From contig CAWKCA010000043.1 in NCBI GenBank assembly GCA_963848005.1, positions 35,987 to 99,986 of the forward strand: a stretch of DNA of 64,000 nt, read 5' to 3'. The position numbers and the translations under genes were made by a program. This document shows positions 1 to 8,590 of the stretch, piece by piece. How positions within the stretch are numbered: position 1 is the stretch's first letter; every line of letters starts with the position of its first letter. Under the pieces are notes generated by a model. The model was not told the origin of the DNA and ran no database searches. It worked only from the letters and a program-made list of their open reading frames with translations. Source of the DNA: an uncultured Candidatus Rokubacteria bacterium. Its GTDB lineage: Bacteria > Methylomirabilota > Methylomirabilia > Rokubacteriales > CSP1-6.

Positions 1-1
1 G

Positions 2-229
2 ACGGCGCGGTGGGGGGTGCTGCTCTTCACCGTGGCCACCGCGCTCACCGAGATCGGCATCGGGCGCGACATGGTACTGATCGCTTTCGGGATCACCTTT
101 GGTGGACTGGTGCTGGCCCTGGCCCTGGCCTTCGGCATCGGTGGCCGGAACCTCGCCCAGCGCATCCTGGAGCGTCGGTTCCCCCGCGCGCGCGAATCGC
201 CCCCGCACGAGACGTTGTCGCATCTTTGA
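2..229 (+). CDS. membrane protein C-terminal fragment (conserved TM-helix repeat type); 5' end outside window
   Basis: Frame is open to the window edge. Hydrophobic repeat LTEIGIGRDMVLIAFGITFGGLVLALALAFGIGG is followed by a charged tail. Stop at 227-229. Confidence 0.4.
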   Translation, partial: TARWGVLLFTVATALTEIGIGRDMVLIAFGITFGGLVLALALAFGIGGRNLAQRILERRFPRARESPPHETLSHL

Positions 230-404
230 CACGTCGGGGGGAGCGTCGCCGCTCCCCCCGACACCCCCCAGCGGGATCCCGCGAGGTTTTTTCAGCGATG
301 GCGGCGGCAAAGCCGCCGCTCGGACAGACCGGCGGCTGAACACAGGCCCGCTGCCTCGCGCTCGCCGATCGTTCGCGAATGATGGGGGAGCGTTTCGGAG
401 AACC

Positions 405-474
405 GAGGAGCGCCCGGGGTACCCGGGGCGCGACGAGCGCGGGGGGCTTGGGGGGCCCGAGCGAGGCCCCCCAT
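405..474 (+). repeat. REP/MITE-like two-hairpin element, copy 1
   Basis: GAGGAGCGCCCGGGGTACCCGGGGCGCGACGAGCGCGGGGGGCTTGGGGGGCCCGAGCGAGGCCCCCCAT. Same sequence family as 23930-24004, 27079-27151, 50176-50259, 50358-50428 and 59277-59340. Intergenic, upstream of the kinase gene. Confidence 0.7.
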
Positions 475-528
475 CTCTCCAGTCAGGCCCTGTCGAGGCC
501 CCCATCGACTCGTGGCATAGTCGGAGCG

Positions 529-2007
529 ATGGGGTTGAGGCTCCGGCTGATCTTGATCGTGCTCCTGCCGGCCCTCCTCGCGCTGGGGGCGCACGGGTTC
601 ATTCGCGTGCGGCAGGAGGAAGCGCAACTCCTCGAGGAGGACCAGCGCAAGATGGCCCTGGCCACGCGGGCCATCCAGATCGCGGTCGAGAACGCCCTGC
701 GCGATCGCCAGATCACCGACGTCAAGCGGCTCCTCTCGGAGATGGCCGGACACGAGCAGGAGATCGAGCGGATCCGCCTCTTCGACAACACCCTGACGCC
801 AACCTTGTCGTCGGATCCCGAGCACCGGAACGCGCCCGCGCCCACGGCGCTGTTGCGGAGGGCGATGCAGAGCGGCGCCCCCGTGGCCGAGTACGCGCGC
901 GTGGGGCCGCGCCAGGTCTTGACCTACGTGGTGCCGCTCCGCGGCCGCCAGGGGGCCATCGACGGCGCCATGGAGGTCCAGCACGTGGCCGCGGGCATCA
1001 GGGCCAGGATCCGCGCGGCGGCCAACGACGTGTGGCTCCGCATGGCCATCATCCTGGTGGTGATCGTGTCCATCAGCGCCGCCGCCATGCAACGCGAGGT
1101 GTTGCGTCCGCTGTCCCTGCTCCTCGCCGGCCTCCGGCGGCTCGAACGGGGTGAGGCCGGTCCGCCGATCCCCATCGCGCGGCGGGACGAGCTGGGGGAG
1201 GCGGCGCACGCCTTCAACGAGATGGCCGCGCAGCTGGAGGCGGCGCGCCTGCGCCTCATGGCGGAGTCCGAGCGGACGCTCGAGTTGGAGCAGCAGCTCC
1301 GCCAGGCGGAGACCCTGGCCGTCGCCGGCAAGCTCGCCTCCGCCATCGCCCACGAGGTGGGGACCCCGCTCAACATCATCTCGGGCCGCGCGGAGTTCAT
1401 CTTGAAGACGGCGGAGCTGGACGCCGCCGCACGCAAGGATCTCGAGACGATCGTGGCCCAGATCGAGCGAATCTCGGGGATCATCCGCTCACTGCTCGAC
1501 ACCGTGCGCCCGCGCGATCCCGAGATCCGGGTGACGGCGCTCCGCACGGTGCTCGACCGCGCGTTGCCCCTGCTCCGCCATCCCGCGCGTCGCCGGCAGG
1601 TGATCTTGCAAACGCGCGTGCCCGACGACCTGCCGCTCATGTCGGCGGACGCGGGCCAGCTCCAGCAGGTGCTCATCAACCTGATCCTGAACGCCATCGA
1701 TGCCACGCCCGTCGGAGGTGAGGTGGAGGTGGCCGCCCACCACGCGGTTGTCCGCGATCGGTCCGGCGTGGCCGTCACCGTCCACGACACCGGGCCGGGT
1801 ATTTCGGCCGAGCTGCTCCCGCGCGTGTTCGAGCCGTTCTTCACCACCAAGCCCGCGGGCCGGGGCAGCGGACTCGGCCTGGCCATCTGTCGAGACATCG
1901 TCAAGGCCCACGGGGGCGAGCTGCGCGTGGAGAGCGGCGCCGGGCGCGGGACGACCTTCACCGCATGGATTCCCGGCGCGGCGGACAGCGCCTCCTCCGC
2001 CGCATAG
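529..2007 (+). CDS. sensor histidine kinase with HAMP domain (no cognate response regulator adjacent)
   Basis: N-terminal TM LRLILIVLLPALLALGA; second TM plus HAMP-like linker (ELGEAAHAFNEMAAQLE); H-box SAIAHEVGTPLN; HATPase N, G1 and G2 boxes (LINLILNAIDA, DTGPGI, GSGLGLAI). ATG 529 was preferred because the first 50 codons of ORF 379.. are REP-element sequence. Confidence 0.85.
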   Translation: MGLRLRLILIVLLPALLALGAHGFIRVRQEEAQLLEEDQRKMALATRAIQIAVENALRDRQITDVKRLLSEMAGHEQEIERIRLFDNTLTPTLSSDPEHRNAPAPTALLRRAMQSGAPVAEYARVGPRQVLTYVVPLRGRQGAIDGAMEVQHVAAGIRARIRAAANDVWLRMAIILVVIVSISAAAMQREVLRPLSLLLAGLRRLERGEAGPPIPIARRDELGEAAHAFNEMAAQLEAARLRLMAESERTLELEQQLRQAETLAVAGKLASAIAHEVGTPLNIISGRAEFILKTAELDAAARKDLETIVAQIERISGIIRSLLDTVRPRDPEIRVTALRTVLDRALPLLRHPARRRQVILQTRVPDDLPLMSADAGQLQQVLINLILNAIDATPVGGEVEVAAHHAVVRDRSGVAVTVHDTGPGISAELLPRVFEPFFTTKPAGRGSGLGLAICRDIVKAHGGELRVESGAGRGTTFTAWIPGAADSASSAA

Positions 2008-2165
2008 CGCATGAAGGTCGTGTCGGGCGACGCGACGGACGTGCTGGTCGCGACCTGAGGCACTGGGCGCAGCCGGGAACGCTTCGAGAGAGCAGAGGTT
2101 TGCCCGAGCGGCCGAGACGTGATGGAGTGGACGCTTGCACGTCGGACGTCACGAGGGAGGACGGC

Positions 2166-2453
2166 ATGCTAGGAATCGTCGCGACGCTGAAAGTGAAGCC
2201 CGGGATGGAACAGGCGTTCGAGGCCGTGGCCAAGGAGCTGGTGGCCAAGGTCAACGCCAACGAGCCCGGGTGTGCGCTCTACGCGCTGCATCAGGCCGAG
2301 GCGCCCCACACGTACGTCTTCATGGAGCGCTACGTCGACCAGTCGGCTGTCGACGCCCACCGGGCCACGGACTACTTCAAGGCGCTGGGACGGAAGATGG
2401 GCGAGTTCATGGACGGCCGCCCCGAGGTGATCCGGCTGCGCCAGGTGGAGTAG
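2166..2453 (+). CDS. antibiotic-biosynthesis-monooxygenase (ABM/Dabb) domain protein
   Basis: 95-aa product MLGIVATLKVKPG...YALHQ...YVFMERYVD..AVDAH is typical of the ABM ferredoxin-like fold. ATG at 2166 lies inside ORF 1965-2453. Its stop abuts the next gene. Confidence 0.7.
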   Translation: MLGIVATLKVKPGMEQAFEAVAKELVAKVNANEPGCALYALHQAEAPHTYVFMERYVDQSAVDAHRATDYFKALGRKMGEFMDGRPEVIRLRQVE

Positions 2454-2454
2454 G

Positions 2455-3318
2455 GTGAAGCCAGCGCCCTTCGCCTACCACCGGCCCGCCACCTTGGACG
2501 AGGCGTTCGATCTTCTCGACCGATATGGCGACGATGGACGCCTCCTGGCCGGTGGGCAGAGCCTCGTCCCTGCGCTGAACATGCGGCTGGCCACGCCACG
2601 CGCGCTCATCGACATCAACCGGCTGCCCGGTCTCGCGGACATCCGCGTGACGGGCGACGGCGTGGCGATGGGGGCGCTCGCTCGCCACGAGGCGGTGGAG
2701 CGCTCGCCGCTGGTGGCGGCCCAGGCTCCACTCATCGCCGCAGCCATGCCGCACGTCGGCCACGTGGCCATTCGCACGCGCGGGACCATCGGAGGGAGTC
2801 TGGCCCTCGCCGATCCCGCCGCGGAACTGCCGGCGTGCGCGGTGGCGCTCGACGCCACCATCCGTGCGGCGCGGCGCGGAGGGACGCGGGCGATCCCGGC
2901 CTCCGAGTTCTTCCGGGGGGTGTACACCACGGCGCTGGAGCCCGGGGAAGTACTCACGGAGCTCGTGGTTCCGCTGCTCCCCACGGGCTGGCGGTGGCAC
3001 TTCGACGAGCTGGCGCGCCGCCACGGCGACTTCGCCCTCGCGGGAATCGCGGCCCTCGCGCAGGTCGAGGACCGGACGATTCACGAGGTACGGCTGGCCT
3101 TCTTCGGCGTCGGCGACACCCCCGTGCGGGCCCGGGGCGCCGAGCGCGCCCTCGCTGGTCGGCGCGCCGACCGGGCCGCGGTGGAGGCGGCGCAGGGGGC
3201 CCTCGACGAGGATCTCGATCCGTCCGGCGACGTCCACGGAAGCGCCGCCCTGCGCCGCCATCTCGCTCGTGTGCTGTTGAGCCGCGCCATCTCCCGGCTG
3301 ACGGAGACCGCCCCGTGA
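2455..3318 (+). CDS. xanthine dehydrogenase/CO dehydrogenase family FAD-binding subunit (CoxM-like)
   Basis: F.YHRP.TLDEA..LL plus the LLAGGQSLVPALNMRLA motif of the FAD-binding PCMH domain; C-terminal CO-dehydrogenase flavoprotein domain. GTG start lies 1 nt after the ABM stop. Confidence 0.85.
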   Translation: MKPAPFAYHRPATLDEAFDLLDRYGDDGRLLAGGQSLVPALNMRLATPRALIDINRLPGLADIRVTGDGVAMGALARHEAVERSPLVAAQAPLIAAAMPHVGHVAIRTRGTIGGSLALADPAAELPACAVALDATIRAARRGGTRAIPASEFFRGVYTTALEPGEVLTELVVPLLPTGWRWHFDELARRHGDFALAGIAALAQVEDRTIHEVRLAFFGVGDTPVRARGAERALAGRRADRAAVEAAQGALDEDLDPSGDVHGSAALRRHLARVLLSRAISRLTETAP

Positions 3319-6203
3319 GTCCGACACCGACGTCGTCCCGGGAGTCCACCGTCGAGGTCTCCGTCACCGTCAACGGCGCCTCCGTGCACGCTCGCGTGGA
3401 GCCGCGGCTGAACCTCGTGGACTTCCTCCGCGAGGAGCTCGACCTCACGGGCTCCCACGTCGGCTGCGAGCACGGCGTGTGCGGCGCGTGCACCGTGCGC
3501 GTCGACGGCAGGCTCGTCCGCGGCTGCCTGACCCTGGCCGTGCAGGCCGACGGCGGTCAGGTGGAAACGATCGAGGGCCTGTCCGCGCGCGGCGAGATCG
3601 CCGCGCTGCAGCGGGCGTTCCGCGAGGAGAACGCGCTGCAGTGCGGGTTCTGCACGCCGGGCATGCTCCTCACCGCGCACGATCTGTTGGAGCGGGTGGC
3701 CCGGCCCGACGACGCCGCCATCCGGGAGGCGATCTCCGCCAACTATTGCCGCTGCACGGGCTACCACGCCATCGTGCGCGCCGTCAGTCGCGCCGCCGAA
3801 CTGCGGGCCGGCGCGGCCGCGCCCGCGGCGGCCGCCGCGTCGTCCTCGTCGGCCGAGGGCGGCTATATCGGCCGCTCGGTCGTGCGCCCCCAGACGGCGC
3901 GCCTGGTGGCCGGCCGCGGCACCTACACCGACGACGTGAGGCTTCCGCGGATGGCGCACGCCGCGTTCCTCCGCTCGCCCCACGCCCACACGAGGATCCT
4001 GAGCATCGACACCCGGGAGGCCGAGGCGACGCCGGGCGTGGTCGCGGTGGTGACCGGCCGCGAGATGGCGTCACTCTGCGAGCCGTGGGTCGGCGTGCTC
4101 CTGAACTACGCCGGCATGAAGTCGGCGACGCAGTACGCCCTCGCGGTCGACAAGGCCGTCTGGCAAGGCGAGCCCGTGGTGGCCGTGGTCGCGGAGAGTC
4201 GGGCCCGCGCGGAGGACGCCTGCGGGCGCGTGCGCGTGGAGTGGGAGCCGCTCCCGCCCGTGGTCGATCCGGAAGCGGCCCTGGCGCCGGACTCCCCGGT
4301 CATTCATCCCGAGCTGGGCGACAACCTCGTGCTCGAGACGAGGATCAACGCCGGCGACGTGGAGGCCGCCTTCGCGGAGGCCGATGTGGTGGTGCGCGAG
4401 ACGTACGTGACGGGTCGCCATACCGTCGTCAGCCTCGAGCCTCGGGTCGTGCTCGCCGACTACCAGCCCGACGAGGGGACGCTCACCGTCTACCACTCGG
4501 GACAGGCTCCCTACATGCTCCACGACATCCTCTCCCGCCATCTGCGCATTCCCGAGCACAAGGTGCGGGTGATCAACAAGGACGTCGGGGGAAGCTTCGG
4601 CCTCAAGATCCACACCTATCCCGACGAGCTGGCCACGTGCGCCCTGGCCGTCAAGGTGGGACGGCCGGTGAAGTTCGTGGCCGACCGGGTGGAGTCGTTC
4701 CAGACGGACATCCACGCGCGGGATCATCGCGTCGCGGTCGAGGTGGCGGTGAAGCGCGACGGGACGATCCTCGGGATGACCCTCGACGACCTCACCGGGG
4801 TCGGGCCGTTCTCGATGTATCCGCGCTCCAGCGTGGTGGAGAGCGGCCAGATACTGCGCACCACGCCCGGGCCCTACCGCTTCCGCCACTACCGGGCCCG
4901 CGGGCGCGTCGTCTTCCAGAACAAGACGTCGATGTCCCAGTACCGCGCGGTCGGGCATCCGGTGGCCTCGCTGGTCATGGACGCCACGGTCGATCGCATC
5001 GCGCGCGAGTTGAAGCTGGATCCCGTGGAGATTCGCCGCAGGAATCTTCTGACCGCCGACATGTATCCGTACACCGCGCCCTCCGGGCTCTTCTTCGAGA
5101 AGCTCTCGCACGAGGAGTCCCTCACCAAGGTGCTGGAGATCTCGAACTACGCGGCGCTCTGCCGGGAACGCGATGCGCTGCGCACCCGCGGCGTCCACCG
5201 CGGGCTCGGCCTCTGCGTCTTTCTCGACCTGACCGCGCCCGGCGCCGCGACGTATGGAACGGGTGGCGCGCGCATCAGCTCGCAGGACGGGACCACGACG
5301 CGCCTGGAGCCCTCGGGGAAGGTCACCGTCATCGCCAGCGTCACCGAGCAGGGGCAGGGGACCGACACCATCCTCGCCCAGGTGGCGGCCACCGCGGTGG
5401 GGGTGCCGGTGGAGGACGTGCGCGTCCTCACCGGCGACACCCTGGTGACGCCGTACGGCGGGGGCACGTGGGGGAGTCGCGCGGCGGCCATCGGAGGCGA
5501 GGCCACCTTGCAGAGCGGGAAGGCCCTGCGCGAGAACATCCTGAAGGTGGCGGCGGCCGTCCTCGACGTCGATCCCCTCGCCCTCGACATCCGCCGCGGG
5601 CACATCGTGGACGCCGTGACCGGCGAGTCGCGCCTGCCGCTTGCCGAGCTGGGGCGCATCGCGTACTTCCGTCCCGACACCCTGCCCAAGGACTTCCAGT
5701 CGGAGCTGACGGTGACCCGCCACTACGTGCCGCGCCACCAGCCACTGGCCTACGTCAACGGCGTGCAGCTCTCCTACGTCGAGGTCGACACGGACACGGG
5801 CTTCGTGCGCCTGCTCGGCCACTGGGTGGCCGACGACTGTGGTCGCATCATCAACCCCATGCTGGTGGACGAGCAGGTGCGGGGCGGCGTGGCCCACGGT
5901 CTCGGCGATGCCCTCTGGGAGCACTGCGTGTACGACGAGCAGGGCCAGCTTCTCACCACCACGATGATGGACTACCTCGTGCCGATGGCCGCCGAGCTTC
6001 CCGACATCTGGGTCGGCCATACCGAGACGCCCACGTCCTACTCCGAGGGCGGCTTCAAGGGGGCGGGGGAGGCCGGCGTGGCCGGCGCGCCGGGCGCGGT
6101 GTTGAACGCGGTCAACGACGCGCTGTTCCCCCTCGGCGCGCGCGTCACCCAGGTGCCCATCACGCCCGAAGTCGTCCTGCGGGCCCTGGGGAAGCTCCCA
6201 TAG
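3315..6203 (+). CDS. fused [2Fe-2S] small subunit / molybdopterin-binding large subunit of an aerobic-type molybdenum hydroxylase (CoxS-CoxL fusion)
   Basis: GTG 3315 overlaps the upstream stop (GTGA). The N-terminus carries both 2Fe-2S cluster motifs (CEHGVCGACTV; CGFCTPGM...CRCTGY). An Ala/Ser-rich linker follows, then about 780 aa of aldehyde oxidase/xanthine dehydrogenase a/b-hammerhead and Moco-binding domains. Confidence 0.85.
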   Translation: MSPTPTSSRESTVEVSVTVNGASVHARVEPRLNLVDFLREELDLTGSHVGCEHGVCGACTVRVDGRLVRGCLTLAVQADGGQVETIEGLSARGEIAALQRAFREENALQCGFCTPGMLLTAHDLLERVARPDDAAIREAISANYCRCTGYHAIVRAVSRAAELRAGAAAPAAAAASSSSAEGGYIGRSVVRPQTARLVAGRGTYTDDVRLPRMAHAAFLRSPHAHTRILSIDTREAEATPGVVAVVTGREMASLCEPWVGVLLNYAGMKSATQYALAVDKAVWQGEPVVAVVAESRARAEDACGRVRVEWEPLPPVVDPEAALAPDSPVIHPELGDNLVLETRINAGDVEAAFAEADVVVRETYVTGRHTVVSLEPRVVLADYQPDEGTLTVYHSGQAPYMLHDILSRHLRIPEHKVRVINKDVGGSFGLKIHTYPDELATCALAVKVGRPVKFVADRVESFQTDIHARDHRVAVEVAVKRDGTILGMTLDDLTGVGPFSMYPRSSVVESGQILRTTPGPYRFRHYRARGRVVFQNKTSMSQYRAVGHPVASLVMDATVDRIARELKLDPVEIRRRNLLTADMYPYTAPSGLFFEKLSHEESLTKVLEISNYAALCRERDALRTRGVHRGLGLCVFLDLTAPGAATYGTGGARISSQDGTTTRLEPSGKVTVIASVTEQGQGTDTILAQVAATAVGVPVEDVRVLTGDTLVTPYGGGTWGSRAAAIGGEATLQSGKALRENILKVAAAVLDVDPLALDIRRGHIVDAVTGESRLPLAELGRIAYFRPDTLPKDFQSELTVTRHYVPRHQPLAYVNGVQLSYVEVDTDTGFVRLLGHWVADDCGRIINPMLVDEQVRGGVAHGLGDALWEHCVYDEQGQLLTTTMMDYLVPMAAELPDIWVGHTETPTSYSEGGFKGAGEAGVAGAPGAVLNAVNDALFPLGARVTQVPITPEVVLRALGKLP

Positions 6204-6205
6204 AC

Positions 6206-6601
6206 ATGCTCGACTCGTTGCGCCGTGTTCTCGAGGAAGAGCGCGACGTCGCGTACGCCCTGCTCTTTGGGTCAGGAGCGCGTGGTGCCCTCCGCGCGAC
6301 GAGCGACGTCGACGTGGCGGTCGAGCTCGGGCCGGCCGCAGCGCGCGACGCAACGACCCTCGGGCATCTGATCGCCCGGCTCGAATCGGCGGCGGGGCGG
6401 TCGGTGGACCTCGTCCTGATGGACGAGGCCCCGGCGCCTCTCGCCTACCGTATCTTTCGCGACGGCCGTCTCATCCTCGAGCGGGACCATGCGGCCCTCG
6501 TGCGTCGAAAGACCCAAGCGATTGTCCAGTACCTGGACTTCAAACCCGTGGAAGAACGCTGCGCGGAAGGTGTCCTCCGCGCAGCGGCCAAACGTGGTTG
6601 A
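6206..6601 (+). CDS. mntA: nucleotidyltransferase-domain antitoxin (MNT of a HEPN/MNT type II/VII TA pair)
   Basis: LFGSGARG...SDVDVAV is the GS-x(n)-DxD minimal nucleotidyltransferase motif. 131 aa. Overlaps the downstream HEPN gene by 8 nt. Confidence 0.8.
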   Translation: MLDSLRRVLEEERDVAYALLFGSGARGALRATSDVDVAVELGPAAARDATTLGHLIARLESAAGRSVDLVLMDEAPAPLAYRIFRDGRLILERDHAALVRRKTQAIVQYLDFKPVEERCAEGVLRAAAKRG

Positions 6602-7013
6602 TCGCTCTCTCCTCGCCCGGCACGTGGCGATCGTCCGTGATGCGGTCGCCCGGATCGGGTCCGTGCTGCCGTCGTCGTTGGAGGCGTTCGAGGCCGATCG
6701 CACGGCCCGCGAGGTCGTCGTGCTGAATCTGTTCGTCGCGATCCAGGCATGCCTCGATCTGGCCGCGCACTGGCTGGCGGACGAAGGCTGGGATGTCCCC
6801 GATCGGTACGGAGAACTCTTCCTGGCCCTGGCCGATCACGGCGTCATCCCACGCCCGCTCGCGCTCCGCCTGGTGGCGGCGGCCGGGCTCCGCAACCTCG
6901 TGGCCCACCAGTACGGGGCGCTCGACTGGACGCGCATCCATGCCGCTGCGTCCTCGTCCGCGCTCGACGGCCTGGAGGCATTCTGCGCGGCGCTCGCCGC
7001 GAAGATGCAGTAA
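6594..7013 (+). CDS. hepT: DUF86/HEPN-domain toxin (HepT-like)
   Basis: RNLVAHQY is the R-x4-H HEPN motif near the C-terminus. GTG 6594 overlaps the MNT gene end. About 139 aa. Confidence 0.8.
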   Translation: MVDRSLLARHVAIVRDAVARIGSVLPSSLEAFEADRTAREVVVLNLFVAIQACLDLAAHWLADEGWDVPDRYGELFLALADHGVIPRPLALRLVAAAGLRNLVAHQYGALDWTRIHAAASSSALDGLEAFCAALAAKMQ

Positions 7014-7056
7014 GAGCGCGCAAGCCCGCAACGCCAGGCTGGCGAGGGAGCGCAGC

Positions 7057-7335
7057 ATGAACGCCCTCCCCCCGGTGAGCGCTGGCGCCGACGCACGCCG
7101 CGCCTTCGCGACGAGGCGACGCGATCATGGCCGCACGGCCAGCCCCAACGCGGGCTGGACGATGGCCGCCGTGGCCGGAGCCCTCGGCGTCACGCTCGCC
7201 AAGCCCGGCGCCTACCATCTTGGCGACGGCCGCGCCCCCGAGCCGGCCGACGTCGTCCGCGCCGTACGATTGATGGCCACGGCCGCCGCGCTGGCGGTGG
7301 CGTCCATCGTCGCACTGTCGCTCGTGTTGAAGTGA
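7057..7335 (+). pseudogene. cbiB: cobD/cbiB (adenosylcobinamide-phosphate synthase) 3' remnant, last ~92 codons only
   Basis: ASPNAGWTMAAVAGALGVTLAKPGAYHLGDG matches the conserved C-terminal SPNAGW..AA.AGALGV.LGG block of CbiB. The N-terminal ~220 aa are absent. The upstream in-frame sequence overlaps the HEPN gene and is not CbiB-like. Confidence 0.6.
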
Positions 7336-7383
7336 ATGAACGAAATCGCGGCAGCCGTTGAGCATCGATATCCTGATATCCTG

Positions 7384-7447
7384 ACGCCCTGGGCTTGACG
7401 CTGCCGCCATCGTTCCTCGTTCAGGCGACCGAAGTGCTCTCGGTAGG
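7384..7447 (+). pseudogene. relic of the 3' end of a paralogous ABC substrate-binding protein gene
   Basis: ACGCCCTGGGCTTGACGCTGCCGCCATCGTTCCTCGTTCAGGCGACCGAAGTGCTC is about 80% identical to 8509-8566, the last 20 codons (ALGLTLPPSLLLQATEVLQ) of the intact gene 7580-8569. Confidence 0.5.
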
Positions 7448-7579
7448 CATGCGCCGGGAGCAGCTCCGAGGAGCGCGAGGGCTGGTCCTGCGCTCCGTGC
7501 GATTGGGCGCCAAACCGATGGTTCATTACGCCGCACCATCGAGAACACCCGAGGCAGCCTCCGCGGCGAGGAGAGCACT

Positions 7580-8569
7580 ATGCGGTGCCGTCCTGTCGCG
7601 ATCACCGTTCTCCTAGGCGTCGGAATTTTCGGGGGCCTCGTCACCACCGAGGCGCAACGGCGGCCCGTCCCACGGCTCGGAATTTTGGGGCTGGCGGATG
7701 CGGCCGGCGCGGCCCATAGGATGCCGTTCTTCCTCGACGGGTTGCGCGCCCTCGGATACGTGGATGGCCAGACCATCGCCATCGAGTATCGGTGGGCGGA
7801 AGGACGCTTTGACCGCCTGCCCGCCCTGGCGGCTGAGCTGGTCAGGCTTCCGGTGGACATCCTCGTGACCATGGGGGGAGGCTTCGCTGTCCGTGCGGCC
7901 CAGAAGGCCACCACGACCATTCCCATCGTGGCGGTGATCATGAACGATCCCGTAGAGGCAGGGTTTGTCGCCAGCTTGGCGCGACCGGGAGGGAACATCA
8001 CCGGGCAGGCGTTTCAAGGCACCGAGCTCACCGTTAAACAGATCGAGTTGCTCCGAGAGGCCGTTCCCCAACTCTCGCGCGTCGCTGTCCTCTGGCATGC
8101 CGCCGGGAATCGCGAGGCCGATACCGTGCGCGCGGCGCAGGACACGGCAAAGGCCTTAAGGGTGCAACTGCACATCCAGGAAGTGCGGGAGCCGTCCGAT
8201 CTGGACCGCGCGGTCGCCGCCGCTAAAGCGTCGGGCACCCAAGCGCTGCTCCAGATACCGTCCCCGTTCTTTCCCCAACACCGCGCTGCCCTCGCCGCGC
8301 TCCTCACCAAGCATCGACTCCCCGCGATGTGTGAGGGGCGGCTGCTGGTCGACGCGGGGTGTCTCATGGCGTACGGGGCGAACTTCGACGCGATGTTTGG
8401 TCGGACGGCCTACTACGTGGATCGTATCCTGAAAGGCGCGAAGCCGGCCGAGCTGCCCGTGGAGCGGCCCCGGGAGTTTGAGCTGGTCGTGAACGGCCGG
8501 ACCGCTCACGCCCTGGGCCTGACGCTGCCGCCGTCCCTTCTCTTGCAAGCGACCGAGGTGCTTCAATAG
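7580..8569 (+). CDS. ABC transporter substrate-binding protein (PF04392-like, periplasmic)
   Basis: Signal-like N-terminus. RLGILG...GYVDGQTIAIEYRWAEGRFDRLPALAAELVRLPVDILV...NITG pattern is characteristic of this family. RBS GAGGAGAG lies before ATG 7580. Confidence 0.8.
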   Translation: MRCRPVAITVLLGVGIFGGLVTTEAQRRPVPRLGILGLADAAGAAHRMPFFLDGLRALGYVDGQTIAIEYRWAEGRFDRLPALAAELVRLPVDILVTMGGGFAVRAAQKATTTIPIVAVIMNDPVEAGFVASLARPGGNITGQAFQGTELTVKQIELLREAVPQLSRVAVLWHAAGNREADTVRAAQDTAKALRVQLHIQEVREPSDLDRAVAAAKASGTQALLQIPSPFFPQHRAALAALLTKHRLPAMCEGRLLVDAGCLMAYGANFDAMFGRTAYYVDRILKGAKPAELPVERPREFELVVNGRTAHALGLTLPPSLLLQATEVLQ

Positions 8570-8590
8570 GCGCGCGCGCTGTGAGTCCGG

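Noticed and set aside
292-1353. 353-aa minus-strand ORF and the N-terminal 50 codons of ORF 379-2007
   Set aside because: The minus ORF is antisense to the histidine kinase. The 5' extension of the kinase ORF is simply the REP-like element read as protein (RSARGTRGATSAGGLGGPSEAPH).
3479-6353. Very long alternative-frame ORFs over the molybdoenzyme gene (3479-6601 plus, 1040 aa; 4071-6353 minus, 760 aa)
   Set aside because: Their translations are Arg/Gly/Pro/His-rich with no motifs. The 3315-6203 frame carries complete FeS and Moco-subunit signatures. Only the last 131 codons of 3479-6601 (the MNT gene) are real.
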